From IMG/VR virus record IMGVR_UViG_2671180699_000003: DNA of 18,126 nucleotides. One strand, 5' to 3'. Below the pieces are notes generated by a model, which made no database searches, was not told the origin of the DNA, and saw only the letters and a list, made by a program, of their open reading frames with translations. A program made the position numbers and the translations under genes. Positions within the stretch are counted from its first letter, which is position 1. Each line of letters opens with the position of its first letter. Of this stretch, positions 7,808 through 15,987 are shown piece after piece. Source of the stretch: a virus. Taxonomy: Duplodnaviria > Heunggongvirae > Uroviricota > Caudoviricetes.

Positions 7808-8800
7808 TCACCCCCTGAATCCTGCCGGGATCTGGCTGTAGTCCACGTTGTCGTAACTGGATTTGAAATATGGGTCTTCGCGTTTTTCTGTGTATGTGCT
7901 GACGGACGGCGATAAGCGCAGGGAAAGCTCATCCCATTTTTCCCGCAGCTTCGACGGGCTGAGCACGTTACGGCACCAGAACGGATCGCGGCTGACGCGG
8001 CTGTACATCTCGCAGATTTGTTTGTGAGTACGACCATCCTGCACACACATCAGGCGAATTTCGTTTGCCCAGGCTGTCCAGTTCGGTTCTTTGGGACGAA
8101 CCACCTCGCCGTCACATTCGGCGGCCTGCTCGTACAGGGCGATGATTTTTTTCCAGAGCCACTGTGCGCAGGTCAAATCATCCTGCGTTCCCCACTGGCG
8201 CTTTTTAGGGCTGAATACAACCGCATCAGGATGGCGAGTTAAAAACTCCTGTTCAGCCGTTTGCGTGTCCGGTTGCGAAGCGTCCGGACGAGAAGAGGTT
8301 TTATTCTCTGTAGTAATCTCTGTTGTATTCTCTGTAAGATCATTGGGCCATTTTGACCCGATGACAGCGTGTCGTTTTGAACCAATGGATCGTGTCATTT
8401 TGCGCCCATCCATCAGGTCACTTTGACCCGATGGAGAAGTGCATTTTGACCTGATGGATTCGTTCACTTTGACCTCTTCTAAAAGCTCACTTTCATAGTT
8501 GATCGTGTAGAAGTTGGTCATGTCACGCTTCGATTTATTGAGTTGCTCGCGACGCAAAACCCCAAGTGATTTCAGGCTTGCAAATGTGCGTTTCAGAGTG
8601 GACTCTGACCAGAACGGAAACTGCTCCAGCCACTGTTCTGTCGTGTTATAAACCCAGCGAATTCCGCCATGCTCAGTGCCTGAATTCGTTTCATTCAGCC
8701 AGTAATGAAGCTGCTGCAACACAATTGCCTCATTCAGACCAATACGGCATGCAAGATCACGATTTATCACAATGGGCTGGGATGTCATTAACAGGCTCAT
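7808..8800 (-). CDS. replication initiation protein (lambda O-like organizer with a conserved phage C-terminal domain), 330 aa
   Basis: N-terminal winged-helix replication-protein motif and a conserved phage C-terminal region (PFWCRNVLSPSKLREKWDELS). Iterons lie inside the coding sequence. GGAGGTG SD upstream. Confidence 0.7.
   Translation of the reverse strand: MSLLMTSQPIVINRDLACRIGLNEAIVLQQLHYWLNETNSGTEHGGIRWVYNTTEQWLEQFPFWSESTLKRTFASLKSLGVLRREQLNKSKRDMTNFYTINYESELLEEVKVNESIRSKCTSPSGQSDLMDGRKMTRSIGSKRHAVIGSKWPNDLTENTTEITTENKTSSRPDASQPDTQTAEQEFLTRHPDAVVFSPKKRQWGTQDDLTCAQWLWKKIIALYEQAAECDGEVVRPKEPNWTAWANEIRLMCVQDGRTHKQICEMYSRVSRDPFWCRNVLSPSKLREKWDELSLRLSPSVSTYTEKREDPYFKSSYDNVDYSQIPAGFRG
8349..8476. 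repeat. origin iterons: about five direct repeats CAYTTTGACCYGATGGA at 23-24 bp spacing
   Basis: Copies at 8349, 8373 (degenerate), 8419, 8442 and 8465 (partial), plus an inverted partial copy TCCATCAGGTCA at 8409-8420. They fall in the linker region of the O-like gene, as in lambda ori. Confidence 0.65.
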
Positions 8801-9021
8801 GCCGCACCTCCGAGATGCTTCATGTTTTTTCCGGAGCGAAAGGCTATAAGCGGCATACTGACGCGGTAATTACGGCCCAGCGGTTCACAAATCACCTTCT
8901 GACATTCACGGTCAACCAGGCTAACACGTAGAACATGCCCTGCAGGCGTGGTGTACCACTGACCGGGGCGAGGACAACGGAAAGTCTGATTGGTAAATCG
9001 TTTGAAAATATTCCGGATCAT
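8797..9021 (-). CDS. hypothetical protein, 74 aa
   Basis: AAGGGGG SD 5 nt upstream; ATGA overlaps with both neighbours. Confidence 0.4.
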   Translation of the reverse strand: MIRNIFKRFTNQTFRCPRPGQWYTTPAGHVLRVSLVDRECQKVICEPLGRNYRVSMPLIAFRSGKNMKHLGGAA

Positions 9022-10166
9022 TTGCGCCCCCTTACCTCTGAAGAGTTCAGCGACGAATGAATAAGACGGGCAAGAAATGCCGCATCGTTAATTCGGTCAT
9101 ACAGACTTACAGCCAGAGGTGATTCAGCTTTTTCCAGCATGGGATAAAGCTGCTGCAACCAGACCTGATGAATTGATGAAATGTAGGAATAGAGAACGCT
9201 GGCGTTATGTGCAACGTCGCTCGGTACAGCGGGCTTTGAAAGCTGTTTCTCCATCTGGTTAAAGGCATTGATGTATGCCTCTTTGAACTGGGCAGCACGT
9301 TTACCCGTGAAACCCATAGCAAGAAACGCAAAGCCGTCGCGGGTTATTTGATAGCAAGGTAGTTTGCGGCCTGTGCAATCGGTGTAATCACTCACCGAAA
9401 AATTGCGGGCAGTGAATGATGCGGAACATTCAAGCGTGCGGATCTTTTTCAGTACATCGTCATGACGTTTGGAGAAGAAGTTGGCAACAGCCAGGGATGA
9501 AGTAACAGCCTGACCATCAACGATGGCAATTTCAGGTTGAGTGAGGGTTGGGATCGTAGCCATGATGGCAGTCTCCGATAACAGTGAATTACCTTCACCA
9601 CCGGAAACGCCAATTTCGCTGGTGGTGAACTGAACGGGGTTGGCGTAACCGGCGTTATCGGAAACCGGCGCACCTTTCGGTGCCCCCGTCCAGCCCACCA
9701 TAATTTGGGTGTGCACAGACGCAGACGATAAAAAAGACGCTGGCGCGTCATATATCGCCGATAACATTTCCAGGACGCCAATCCCGACACCCGCTTTATA
9801 AGGTGCCTGAACAGTGTAACGTCCCGGAATGGCAGAATCAATGTGCTGGTGGTCCTTCACACTCAACAAAATCACGCCTGAATTTCCACAAAGGACTAAA
9901 GCACTCATGCGGGTAGTCTTTGCGAAGATAGATAACGCGCTGTGTTTCTGGCTCCCAACGAATAACATGGACATAAAGCCCTCTTCCGTCACGAAACCAG
10001 CGGTTAAGTTCCTGCACAACTCGCCCCCCACAGTCAGGTAAAGTTCTCTGTGGTTACTTACAGCCAGGTGATTTGGTAATCTGCATTCATGCCGTAACAA
10101 CAGGTGTTCAGCGACGCTGACCACCAGCTGTTGCGACAAACGGTTATTTGCCGTTAAACTGTTCAT
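9018..10166 (-). CDS. Rha-family phage regulatory protein with a ~200-aa N-terminal extension (382 aa; alternative internal start at 9563 gives 181 aa)
   Basis: Rha-like motifs QAVTSSLAVANFFSKRHDDVLKKIR and ITRDGFAFLAMGFTGKRAAQFKEAYINAF begin at residue ~202. The ATG at 9563 has a GGAGA SD, but the frame stays open upstream to an ATG at 10166 that overlaps the upstream stop (ATGA). Confidence 0.55.
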   Translation of the reverse strand: MNSLTANNRLSQQLVVSVAEHLLLRHECRLPNHLAVSNHRELYLTVGGELCRNLTAGFVTEEGFMSMLFVGSQKHSALSIFAKTTRMSALVLCGNSGVILLSVKDHQHIDSAIPGRYTVQAPYKAGVGIGVLEMLSAIYDAPASFLSSASVHTQIMVGWTGAPKGAPVSDNAGYANPVQFTTSEIGVSGGEGNSLLSETAIMATIPTLTQPEIAIVDGQAVTSSLAVANFFSKRHDDVLKKIRTLECSASFTARNFSVSDYTDCTGRKLPCYQITRDGFAFLAMGFTGKRAAQFKEAYINAFNQMEKQLSKPAVPSDVAHNASVLYSYISSIHQVWLQQLYPMLEKAESPLAVSLYDRINDAAFLARLIHSSLNSSEVRGRK

Positions 10167-10726
10167 GCGTTAGTTTCTCCACAGACACAAAACGCCACGA
10201 CGCCCGGAGCTGCACACTCGCGGGCGTCACTCTTTTCTGGAGCGCAAAAGATTTTGTAGACCAGTGCTGCATGCTCCTGGAGCTTCGAAATTGACAGATA
10301 CAACTCATCATTAATTGCTGTCTGCTCGTGTGGCTCCACTACCCCATCTTCGATTGCCGAACGAATCTGCTTTGAGTAACTCCCGATCTGTTCGATGACT
10401 TCCAGCAGGCGCTGGTTTATATCGGCGTTCTCTACTTCCTCAAGTTCAGGAAGCGATACAAACACCCCACCAGCAGACTGTGCGACAGCATCCGCAATGT
10501 AGTGAGTGCCAGCCGCGCGCTGTAAAATCATTGCCCATCCCAGCGGGAAAATCTGATCGCCATCTGCACGAAGGCGGTTGAATAAAGCGTTCTCTGTTAC
10601 ATCCAGCCACTCAGCAGCTTCAGCGTAACCTCCCGGCAACGCCGCGATAGTTTTTCTGACAGCTTTCACGTACCACTCAGGCTGTTTTTCTACTTTCCAG
10701 TGATGCTTACCCACGGTTAGCCTCAT
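10163..10726 (-). CDS. hypothetical regulator at the CII position (possibly YdaT-like), 187 aa
   Basis: First gene after cro. HTH-like segment GGYAEAAEWLDVTENALFNRLR followed by a predicted helical region. A GTG at 10714 with a GAGG SD is a possible alternative start. Confidence 0.35.
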   Translation of the reverse strand: MRLTVGKHHWKVEKQPEWYVKAVRKTIAALPGGYAEAAEWLDVTENALFNRLRADGDQIFPLGWAMILQRAAGTHYIADAVAQSAGGVFVSLPELEEVENADINQRLLEVIEQIGSYSKQIRSAIEDGVVEPHEQTAINDELYLSISKLQEHAALVYKIFCAPEKSDARECAAPGVVAFCVCGETNA

Positions 10727-10757
10727 CGTTCTGTGGTTAAAAATTGAAGGTGTTCTG

Positions 10758-10958
10758 TTAATCTTTCGGATAGATATCCGGTCTTAAGTCAGATTTCGTA
10801 ATTGCACCTGACGTGCATTGCTCAAGTTTTTTAGCCAGCACAAAACTGGCTTTTTTATAACCATTGAAAACCAGCCGTAAGTAGCCTGGTGTTGAGCCAA
10901 CTTTTCCGGCCAACTCGCCCTGCTGTTCTTTGGTTAAAGAGTCCCAATACGCTTTCAT
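10758..10958 (-). CDS. Cro-like repressor, 66 aa
   Basis: Internal ATG at 10958 with a GGAGG SD; the longer ORF-track version overlaps cI. Small HTH protein diverging from the cI-like gene. Confidence 0.65.
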   Translation of the reverse strand: MKAYWDSLTKEQQGELAGKVGSTPGYLRLVFNGYKKASFVLAKKLEQCTSGAITKSDLRPDIYPKD

Positions 10959-11048
10959 ACAATATGTACCTCCGATATACATATTACATGATTGAGATGA
11001 ACCTTCAAGATACTTGTACCCTATCGGTACAAAGGTTTTAATTTCGTT
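10959..11048. promoter_or_regulatory. immunity-region OR: divergent PR/PRM candidates with a palindromic operator
   Basis: Palindrome TTGTACC-ctatc-GGTACAA at 11014-11032. PRM candidate TTGTAC-N17-TTTAAT ending at a leaderless cI ATG. PR candidate on the minus strand: TTGAAG-N17-TAATAT. Confidence 0.45.
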
Positions 11049-11723
11049 ATGAAAACAGTCCATGACATCCGGCGGTCTAACGCCAGAAAACTGAGAGATG
11101 GTGTTGGCGGGAATTCTTCCTTTGCCACCATGATTGATCGCGAGCCAACCCAGACCAGCAGGTTTATGGGAGATGGTGCTACTAAAAATATCGGTGACAG
11201 CATGGCACGGCACATCGAAAAATGTTTCGACCTGCCTGTCGGATGGCTTGATCAAGAACACCAGACAACAAACATCACAAAAAAACCTGATGTTTCAATT
11301 ACTAACAAACAAATAACGTTAGTCCCTGTCATATCATGGGTACAGGCCGGAGCATGGAAAGAAGTTGGCTATTCTGAGGTTGATTTGAGCACAGCAGAAA
11401 CTTATCCCTGCCCTGTACCCTGTGGCGAAATGACTTATATCTTGCGGGTGATTGGTGATTCAATGATTGATGAGTACCGCCCGGGAGACATGATTTTTGT
11501 TGATCCTGAAGTCCCTGCCTGCCACGGTGACGACGTTATTGCATTGATGCACGATACAGGCGAAACCACCTTCAAGCGGTTGATAGAAGATGGAACACAG
11601 CGTTACCTCAAAGCATTAAACCCAAACTGGCCTGAACCTTACATTAAGATCAACGGTAATTGCTCTATAATTGGTACAGTGATTTTCTCAGGAAAACCAA
11701 GAAGATACAAAATAAAGGCCTAA
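11049..11723 (+). CDS. CI-like phage repressor (N-terminal HTH, C-terminal S24 LexA-type autopeptidase), 224 aa
   Basis: C-terminal GDSM (Ser nucleophile) and TFKRL (Lys) S24 motifs; HTH-like N-terminus; divergent from cro. Confidence 0.85.
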   Translation: MKTVHDIRRSNARKLRDGVGGNSSFATMIDREPTQTSRFMGDGATKNIGDSMARHIEKCFDLPVGWLDQEHQTTNITKKPDVSITNKQITLVPVISWVQAGAWKEVGYSEVDLSTAETYPCPVPCGEMTYILRVIGDSMIDEYRPGDMIFVDPEVPACHGDDVIALMHDTGETTFKRLIEDGTQRYLKALNPNWPEPYIKINGNCSIIGTVIFSGKPRRYKIKA

Positions 11724-11734
11724 TCAATATTTAT

Positions 11735-11757
11735 AACCTGCTTCGGCAGGTTTTTTT
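11735..11757 (+). terminator. rho-independent terminator after cI
   Basis: Stem CCTGC / loop TTCG / stem GCAGG followed by TTTTTTT. Confidence 0.55.
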
Positions 11758-11761
11758 ATAC

Positions 11762-11795
11762 TTGACAATGTACCCTTGAGATACATAATGTATCT
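11762..11795 (+). promoter_or_regulatory. pL-like promoter with overlapping operator palindrome (OL)
   Basis: Consensus -35 TTGACA at 11762-11767, 16-nt spacer, -10 CATAAT at 11784-11789. Perfect palindrome AGATACAT-a-ATGTATCT at 11779-11795 overlaps the -10. Confidence 0.55.
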
Positions 11796-12226
11796 AAAAG
11801 AAACATAACACAGGCAAGATTAAACTAAATTTGGTTGTAACACGGCGTATGGCACATGCGTCGTTAGCGGTCTGGGGACGTTAAAGGGGACAATCCACTC
11901 CTTGCTCGAGCAAACAAACCAGGTAGCCGGAATGTGCAAGTCAATGATGATGCTGATAAGACGCCTAACCAGCGTGGCGATTCGGTTTGACGCCTGGGAA
12001 GAGACCAGGGTGCAACGATGAGGGCATTTATGGAACCGCGACAAAGTGTGGTGCCGTAACTGGCTAAGTGCTCTCAGCGTTGTGGTGAATGCGCAGGCTG
12101 ATGCGCGAAAGACATTGCAGCTATTGCGGAAAAGAGCTGTTCGGCGGGGCAATTAAACGCCCGTGAGAGTCTGAAATAACCGCAAGCCGGAGATCAGCAC
12201 CGGTCACCACAACAGCCACTGCTTTG

Positions 12227-12272
12227 GCGGTACCAGTTTGTACACTTGCTTCCGGCTGGTACCGCTCTTTTT
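12227..12272 (+). terminator. terminator-like hairpin in the pL leader
   Basis: 10-bp stem GCGGTACCAG ... CTGGTACCGC with a 19-nt loop, followed by TCTTTTTA. Confidence 0.4.
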
Positions 12273-12409
12273 ACAAAACAGAGAAGAGCATCACCGGACG
12301 ACGGGCTCATAACCCAATCCATCCGGGCGGCTGCCACCGCAGGTGTTCTTCTCTGTTTTGTGGAGAAACTAACCGACCTTGCAGGGTCGATATGATGAGG
12401 AGCAGCAAA

Positions 12410-12772
12410 ATGGCTAGCGAACGCAGTACTGATGTGCAGGCATTTATCGGGGAGCTGGACGGCGGCGTATTTGAAACCAAAATCGGCGCAGTTCTCAGTG
12501 AAGTCGCTTCCGGTGTGATGAACACGAAAACCAAAGGTAAGGTCTCGCTCAACCTGGAAATCGAACCATTTGATGAGAACCGTGTGAAAATCAAACACAA
12601 ACTCTCATATGTTCGCCCGACTAACCGCGGGAAAATTTCCGAAGAAGACACCACCGAAACACCGATGTATGTCAATCGCGGTGGTCGCCTGACTATTCTG
12701 CAGGAAGACCAGGGACAATTACTGACTCTTGCCGGTGAACCTGACGGAAAACTACGCGCAGCAGGTCATTAA
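12410..12772 (+). CDS. yfdP: YfdP-like hypothetical prophage protein, 120 aa
   Basis: ATG at 12410 with a GAGGAG SD; the upstream TTG extension is rejected. Length and position (immediately before a YfdQ-like gene) match K-12 CPS-53 yfdP. Confidence 0.5.
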   Translation: MASERSTDVQAFIGELDGGVFETKIGAVLSEVASGVMNTKTKGKVSLNLEIEPFDENRVKIKHKLSYVRPTNRGKISEEDTTETPMYVNRGGRLTILQEDQGQLLTLAGEPDGKLRAAGH

Positions 12773-12837
12773 TATCGTTCTTAATTAACTGATTATTTAT
12801 CTCATCACTGAATATCTTTATATAGTGAGGACTGATT

Positions 12838-13662
12838 ATGTCTCATAACTTAGACGCAACCGCAATTAATCAAATCCATGCCCTTATTTCTGCTCAGGGT
12901 GTTAATGAAATCATCAGTAAGATTGGTGCCGATGCTGTGGCATTGCCTGAGAATTTCCGCATTCATGATCTGGAAAAATTTAATTTAAATCGTTTCCGTT
13001 TCCGTGGTGCGCTTTCCACTGCCAGCATCGATGACTTTACCCGTTATTCTAAAGATCTTGCAGATGAAGGCACCCGCTGCTTTATCGATGCCGATAATAT
13101 GCGTGCCGTCAGTGTGCTTAACCTGGGTACTATTGATGAGCCAGGTCACGCAGATAACACTGCCACTCTCAAACTGAAAAAGACAGCACCGTTCTCTGCT
13201 CTGTTGTCTGTTAATGGCGAGCGTAACTCCCAGAAGTCACTGGCAGAATGGATTGAAGACTGGGCCGACTACCTTGTGGGCTTTGATGCTAATGGTGACA
13301 CCATTCAGGCAACCAAAGCGGCTGCGGCGATCCGTAAAATCACAATTGAAGCGAACCAGACCGCTGATTTTGAAGATAATGACTTCAGCGGCAAACGCTC
13401 CCTGATGGAGTCTGTCGAAGCGAAGACCAAAGACATTATGCCAGTGGCATTTGAATTTAAATGCGTTCCGTTTGAAGGCCTGAAAGAACGTCCATTTAAA
13501 TTACGCCTCAGCATTATCACTGGCGATCGTCCTGTACTGGTTCTGCGCATTATTCAGCTGGAAGCGGTGCAGGAAGAAATGGCTAACGAATTTCGTGATC
13601 TGCTTGTTGAGAAATTCAAAGACAGCAAAGTAGAAACCTTTATTGGTACTTTCACCGCCTGA
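12838..13662 (+). CDS. yfdQ: YfdQ-like protein (DUF2303), 274 aa
   Basis: 274 aa, the same length as K-12 YfdQ; gene order yfdP-yfdQ-yfdR; AGTGAGGA SD. Confidence 0.65.
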   Translation: MSHNLDATAINQIHALISAQGVNEIISKIGADAVALPENFRIHDLEKFNLNRFRFRGALSTASIDDFTRYSKDLADEGTRCFIDADNMRAVSVLNLGTIDEPGHADNTATLKLKKTAPFSALLSVNGERNSQKSLAEWIEDWADYLVGFDANGDTIQATKAAAAIRKITIEANQTADFEDNDFSGKRSLMESVEAKTKDIMPVAFEFKCVPFEGLKERPFKLRLSIITGDRPVLVLRIIQLEAVQEEMANEFRDLLVEKFKDSKVETFIGTFTA

Positions 13663-13674
13663 TTTCATTACTGC

Positions 13675-13696
13675 AAATGCCCCTGCGGGGGCATTT
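13675..13696 (+). terminator. hairpin (possible attenuator or weak terminator) between the yfdQ-like and yfdR-like genes
   Basis: Perfect 9-bp stem AAATGCCCC / loop TGCG / GGGGCATTT, followed by ATGG rather than a clean U-tract. Confidence 0.3.
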
Positions 13697-13789
13697 ATGG
13701 AAACGTAATTAACTCAATAATCACCGAATGGTGAGGGCTTCCTTTTACCAGAATTCAGCGCGGTGCAGTGCATATACGTGGAGAACAAA

Positions 13790-14326
13790 ATGTCATTTAT
13801 TAAAACTTTTTCCGGGAAGCATTTTTATTATGACAAGATAAATAAAGACGACATCGTTATTAACGATATCGCGGTTTCCCTTTCAAATATCTGTCGCTTT
13901 GCAGGACATCTTTCACACTTCTACAGCGTCGCCCAACATGCGGTGCTTTGCAGCCAGCTGGTACCGCAGGAATTTGCTTTTGAAGCGTTAATGCATGATG
14001 CAACAGAAGCATATTGTCAGGACATCCCCGCACCACTGAAACGCCTTCTTCCTGACTATAAACGGATGGAAGAAAAAATAGACGCCGTAATCCGTGAGAA
14101 ATACGGGTTACCTCCTGTTATGAGCACGCCAGTGAAATATGCCGATCTCATTATGCTGGCAACCGAACGCCGCGATCTCGGGCTTGATGATGGTTCTTTC
14201 TGGCCTGTACTGGAAGGTATCCCGGCGACAGAGATGTTCAAAGTTATTCCACTGTCACCAGGCCATGCCTACGGGATGTTTATGGAACGTTTTAACGAGT
14301 TATCGGGGTTACGCAAATGCGCATGA
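13790..14326 (+). CDS. yfdR: YfdR-like HD-domain phosphohydrolase, 178 aa
   Basis: ATG at 13790 with a GGAGA SD. His/Asp residues spaced as in an HD domain (AGHLSH...HDATEAY...D). 178 aa, the same length as K-12 YfdR. Confidence 0.65.
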   Translation: MSFIKTFSGKHFYYDKINKDDIVINDIAVSLSNICRFAGHLSHFYSVAQHAVLCSQLVPQEFAFEALMHDATEAYCQDIPAPLKRLLPDYKRMEEKIDAVIREKYGLPPVMSTPVKYADLIMLATERRDLGLDDGSFWPVLEGIPATEMFKVIPLSPGHAYGMFMERFNELSGLRKCA

Positions 14327-14904
14327 ATGTTTTCGAAATGGAAGGGTTTCTTCGCGGGAAATGTGTACCGCGAGATCTGAAAGTGAACGAAACAAACGCT
14401 GAGTACCTGGTGCGTAAATTTGCTGAAGCTGAGGCCAAGTGCGCGGCGCTGGCTGAACGTATCGAAGAGTTACAGACAAAACCTACGCCAGATTCGTTTG
14501 GCATCATCGGTGAAAACATTCGAACACAGGATAATCGAATAACGTCAGACCCTATGTTTTGTGTGTATCAAAAGCGCGAAATTGTTGTTGATGCTGATTA
14601 TGACTATGACCGGATTGTCTGGGTTGATGAAGATAGCAATGAAGCCAATAAACTCCAAAGTCGTCGTCTCGAACTACTTCATGAAAACTTTCGGGAACCA
14701 CCAGAAAAATGGCGGCGCGTTGCTGTGAAAGATATTGATGAATTCGTTACCTGCTGTTTCACCGAACAGGGTTGTAAAGACTACCTGGCAGCCAATGGTC
14801 ACAATCTTCGCTTGCCATTTATATATGTAAAAAGCGGTTTCAGGAACGCTGAATATATCGGCATAAGAAACTGGCTTGCTGGCATTCGCATCAAAGGAGA
14901 GTGA
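14317..14904 (+). CDS. hypothetical phage protein, 195 aa
   Basis: Start overlaps the yfdR-like stop; an ATG at 14323 is an alternative start. No family recognised. Confidence 0.5.
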   Translation: MRMNVFEMEGFLRGKCVPRDLKVNETNAEYLVRKFAEAEAKCAALAERIEELQTKPTPDSFGIIGENIRTQDNRITSDPMFCVYQKREIVVDADYDYDRIVWVDEDSNEANKLQSRRLELLHENFREPPEKWRRVAVKDIDEFVTCCFTEQGCKDYLAANGHNLRLPFIYVKSGFRNAEYIGIRNWLAGIRIKGE

Positions 14905-14905
14905 G

Positions 14906-15097
14906 ATGATCGGACAAATATCAATTGTTCGACCGGGAGCATGTGACGATCGCGAGATACGAATGATTATTCGTCTGGCAATAGGGAAAACAATAACTGC
15001 TCTCATTACTCCTGAAAATCTCGCATTAGCGTTAACAGGAAAGTCAGACCTGCCAGTAGAGCTAAAGCTGCGAAATATTGAGATTAAAGTGAAATAG
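14906..15097 (+). CDS. hypothetical small protein, 63 aa
   Basis: ATG at 14906 with an AAAGGAGAG SD, 2 nt after the upstream stop. Confidence 0.4.
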   Translation: MIGQISIVRPGACDDREIRMIIRLAIGKTITALITPENLALALTGKSDLPVELKLRNIEIKVK

Positions 15098-15099
15098 TT

Positions 15100-15987
15100 A
15101 TGAATACTCTTACCAAAGAATGGTTACAGAACACGATTACCGGAATTGAGTCGATAATAGACGATAAATCGTTTGTATGTAGTGAAATAGCATTCGAAAT
15201 AGGTGTGGTTAACAACATACTTACCGCATTTAAAATTGCACTGGCATCGCTGGAAGCAGATCCAGTTGCTTATATTTTCAAACATCCGGCCGGGAAATTA
15301 TTCTGGGCTTTAACTGATGAAAGCAATAAAGAGCAAGCTGACGTTATTCCTGTTTATGCTGCCGCGCCTGCGTCGGTTGTGCCGGATAATGCATCAGAGC
15401 CTCTTGCTTATGCTTACAAAGAGCTTACGCCTGAGATTATGCGCAACCATTTAGCTGTATTCGAGCGATATGGAATAGCCCCAAACGATAGCTCTACCAC
15501 AATTCAGGCACTGCGAATCGCGCTGGATGGCATAGAGCGGAGCGGCGCCATGCTTCATGGTGCCGAACCTGTAAGCCAAACTTACAAGTTGCCTCCCCTG
15601 TCATCCAACGAAGTAAACGACGCGGCATGGAAATTACGCAACATGCTTACTGAACACGGTCCTCTTAATGGGCGTCAGTTCAACAATCTGAAAGGTTGCT
15701 TCTATGAGGCATTAAAGGTCGCAATGCGCAACTATCCGGTAACTCCGGATAGTTGGATAAGCTGTAGTGATCGAATGCCAGAAATGGGAGAGCGACAATG
15801 CTATGCGTTAGCGGCTGACTTTAAAAACAACTACCCGCCACACATCCCCAACACTCAGGTCGGCGTATATGGCGACTGGTTTAATGATGGCGATCCCACT
15901 TGGGTTGACGGTGATGGCGAAGACCTGTATCTCAAAGAGGTAACCCACTGGATTCCGCTACCAGAACCGCCGCAGGAGGTGAAGTGA
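15100..15987 (+). CDS. DUF551 domain-containing phage protein, 295 aa
   Basis: C-terminal WISCSDRMPE ... VTHWIPLPEPP is typical of DUF551. Confidence 0.6.
   Translation: MNTLTKEWLQNTITGIESIIDDKSFVCSEIAFEIGVVNNILTAFKIALASLEADPVAYIFKHPAGKLFWALTDESNKEQADVIPVYAAAPASVVPDNASEPLAYAYKELTPEIMRNHLAVFERYGIAPNDSSTTIQALRIALDGIERSGAMLHGAEPVSQTYKLPPLSSNEVNDAAWKLRNMLTEHGPLNGRQFNNLKGCFYEALKVAMRNYPVTPDSWISCSDRMPEMGERQCYALAADFKNNYPPHIPNTQVGVYGDWFNDGDPTWVDGDGEDLYLKEVTHWIPLPEPPQEVK

Noticed and set aside
8340-8480. Possible CRISPR array suggested by the short direct repeats
   Set aside because: The repeats are ~17 bp at 23-bp spacing with almost no spacer content, lie in-frame within the replication protein gene and have no cas genes nearby; iterons fit better.
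9829-10041. Plus-strand 70-aa ORF antisense to the Rha N-terminal extension
   Set aside because: No SD, and it is embedded in a much longer open frame on the opposite strand that is translationally coupled to its neighbour.
10959-11261. Longer 167-aa version of the cro-like ORF
   Set aside because: It would overlap the cI coding region by ~200 bp on the opposite strand; the internal ATG at 10958 has a strong GGAGG SD and gives a Cro-sized product.
12263-12275. boxA-like motif GCTCTTTTTACAA read as a nut site
   Set aside because: It coincides with the U-tract of the preceding hairpin and no convincing boxB stem-loop follows; it is kept only as an alternative within the leader finding.
12224-12409. 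TTG-initiated 62-codon upstream extension of the yfdP-like ORF
   Set aside because: It starts inside the terminator-like hairpin with no SD; the ATG at 12410 has a GAGGAG SD and gives the expected 120-aa product.
11820-12675. Minus-strand ORFs (110, 134 and 122 aa) in the pL leader and yfdP-like region
   Set aside because: They run against the direction of transcription from the strong pL-like promoter, lack SDs, and two of them overlap the yfdP-like CDS.
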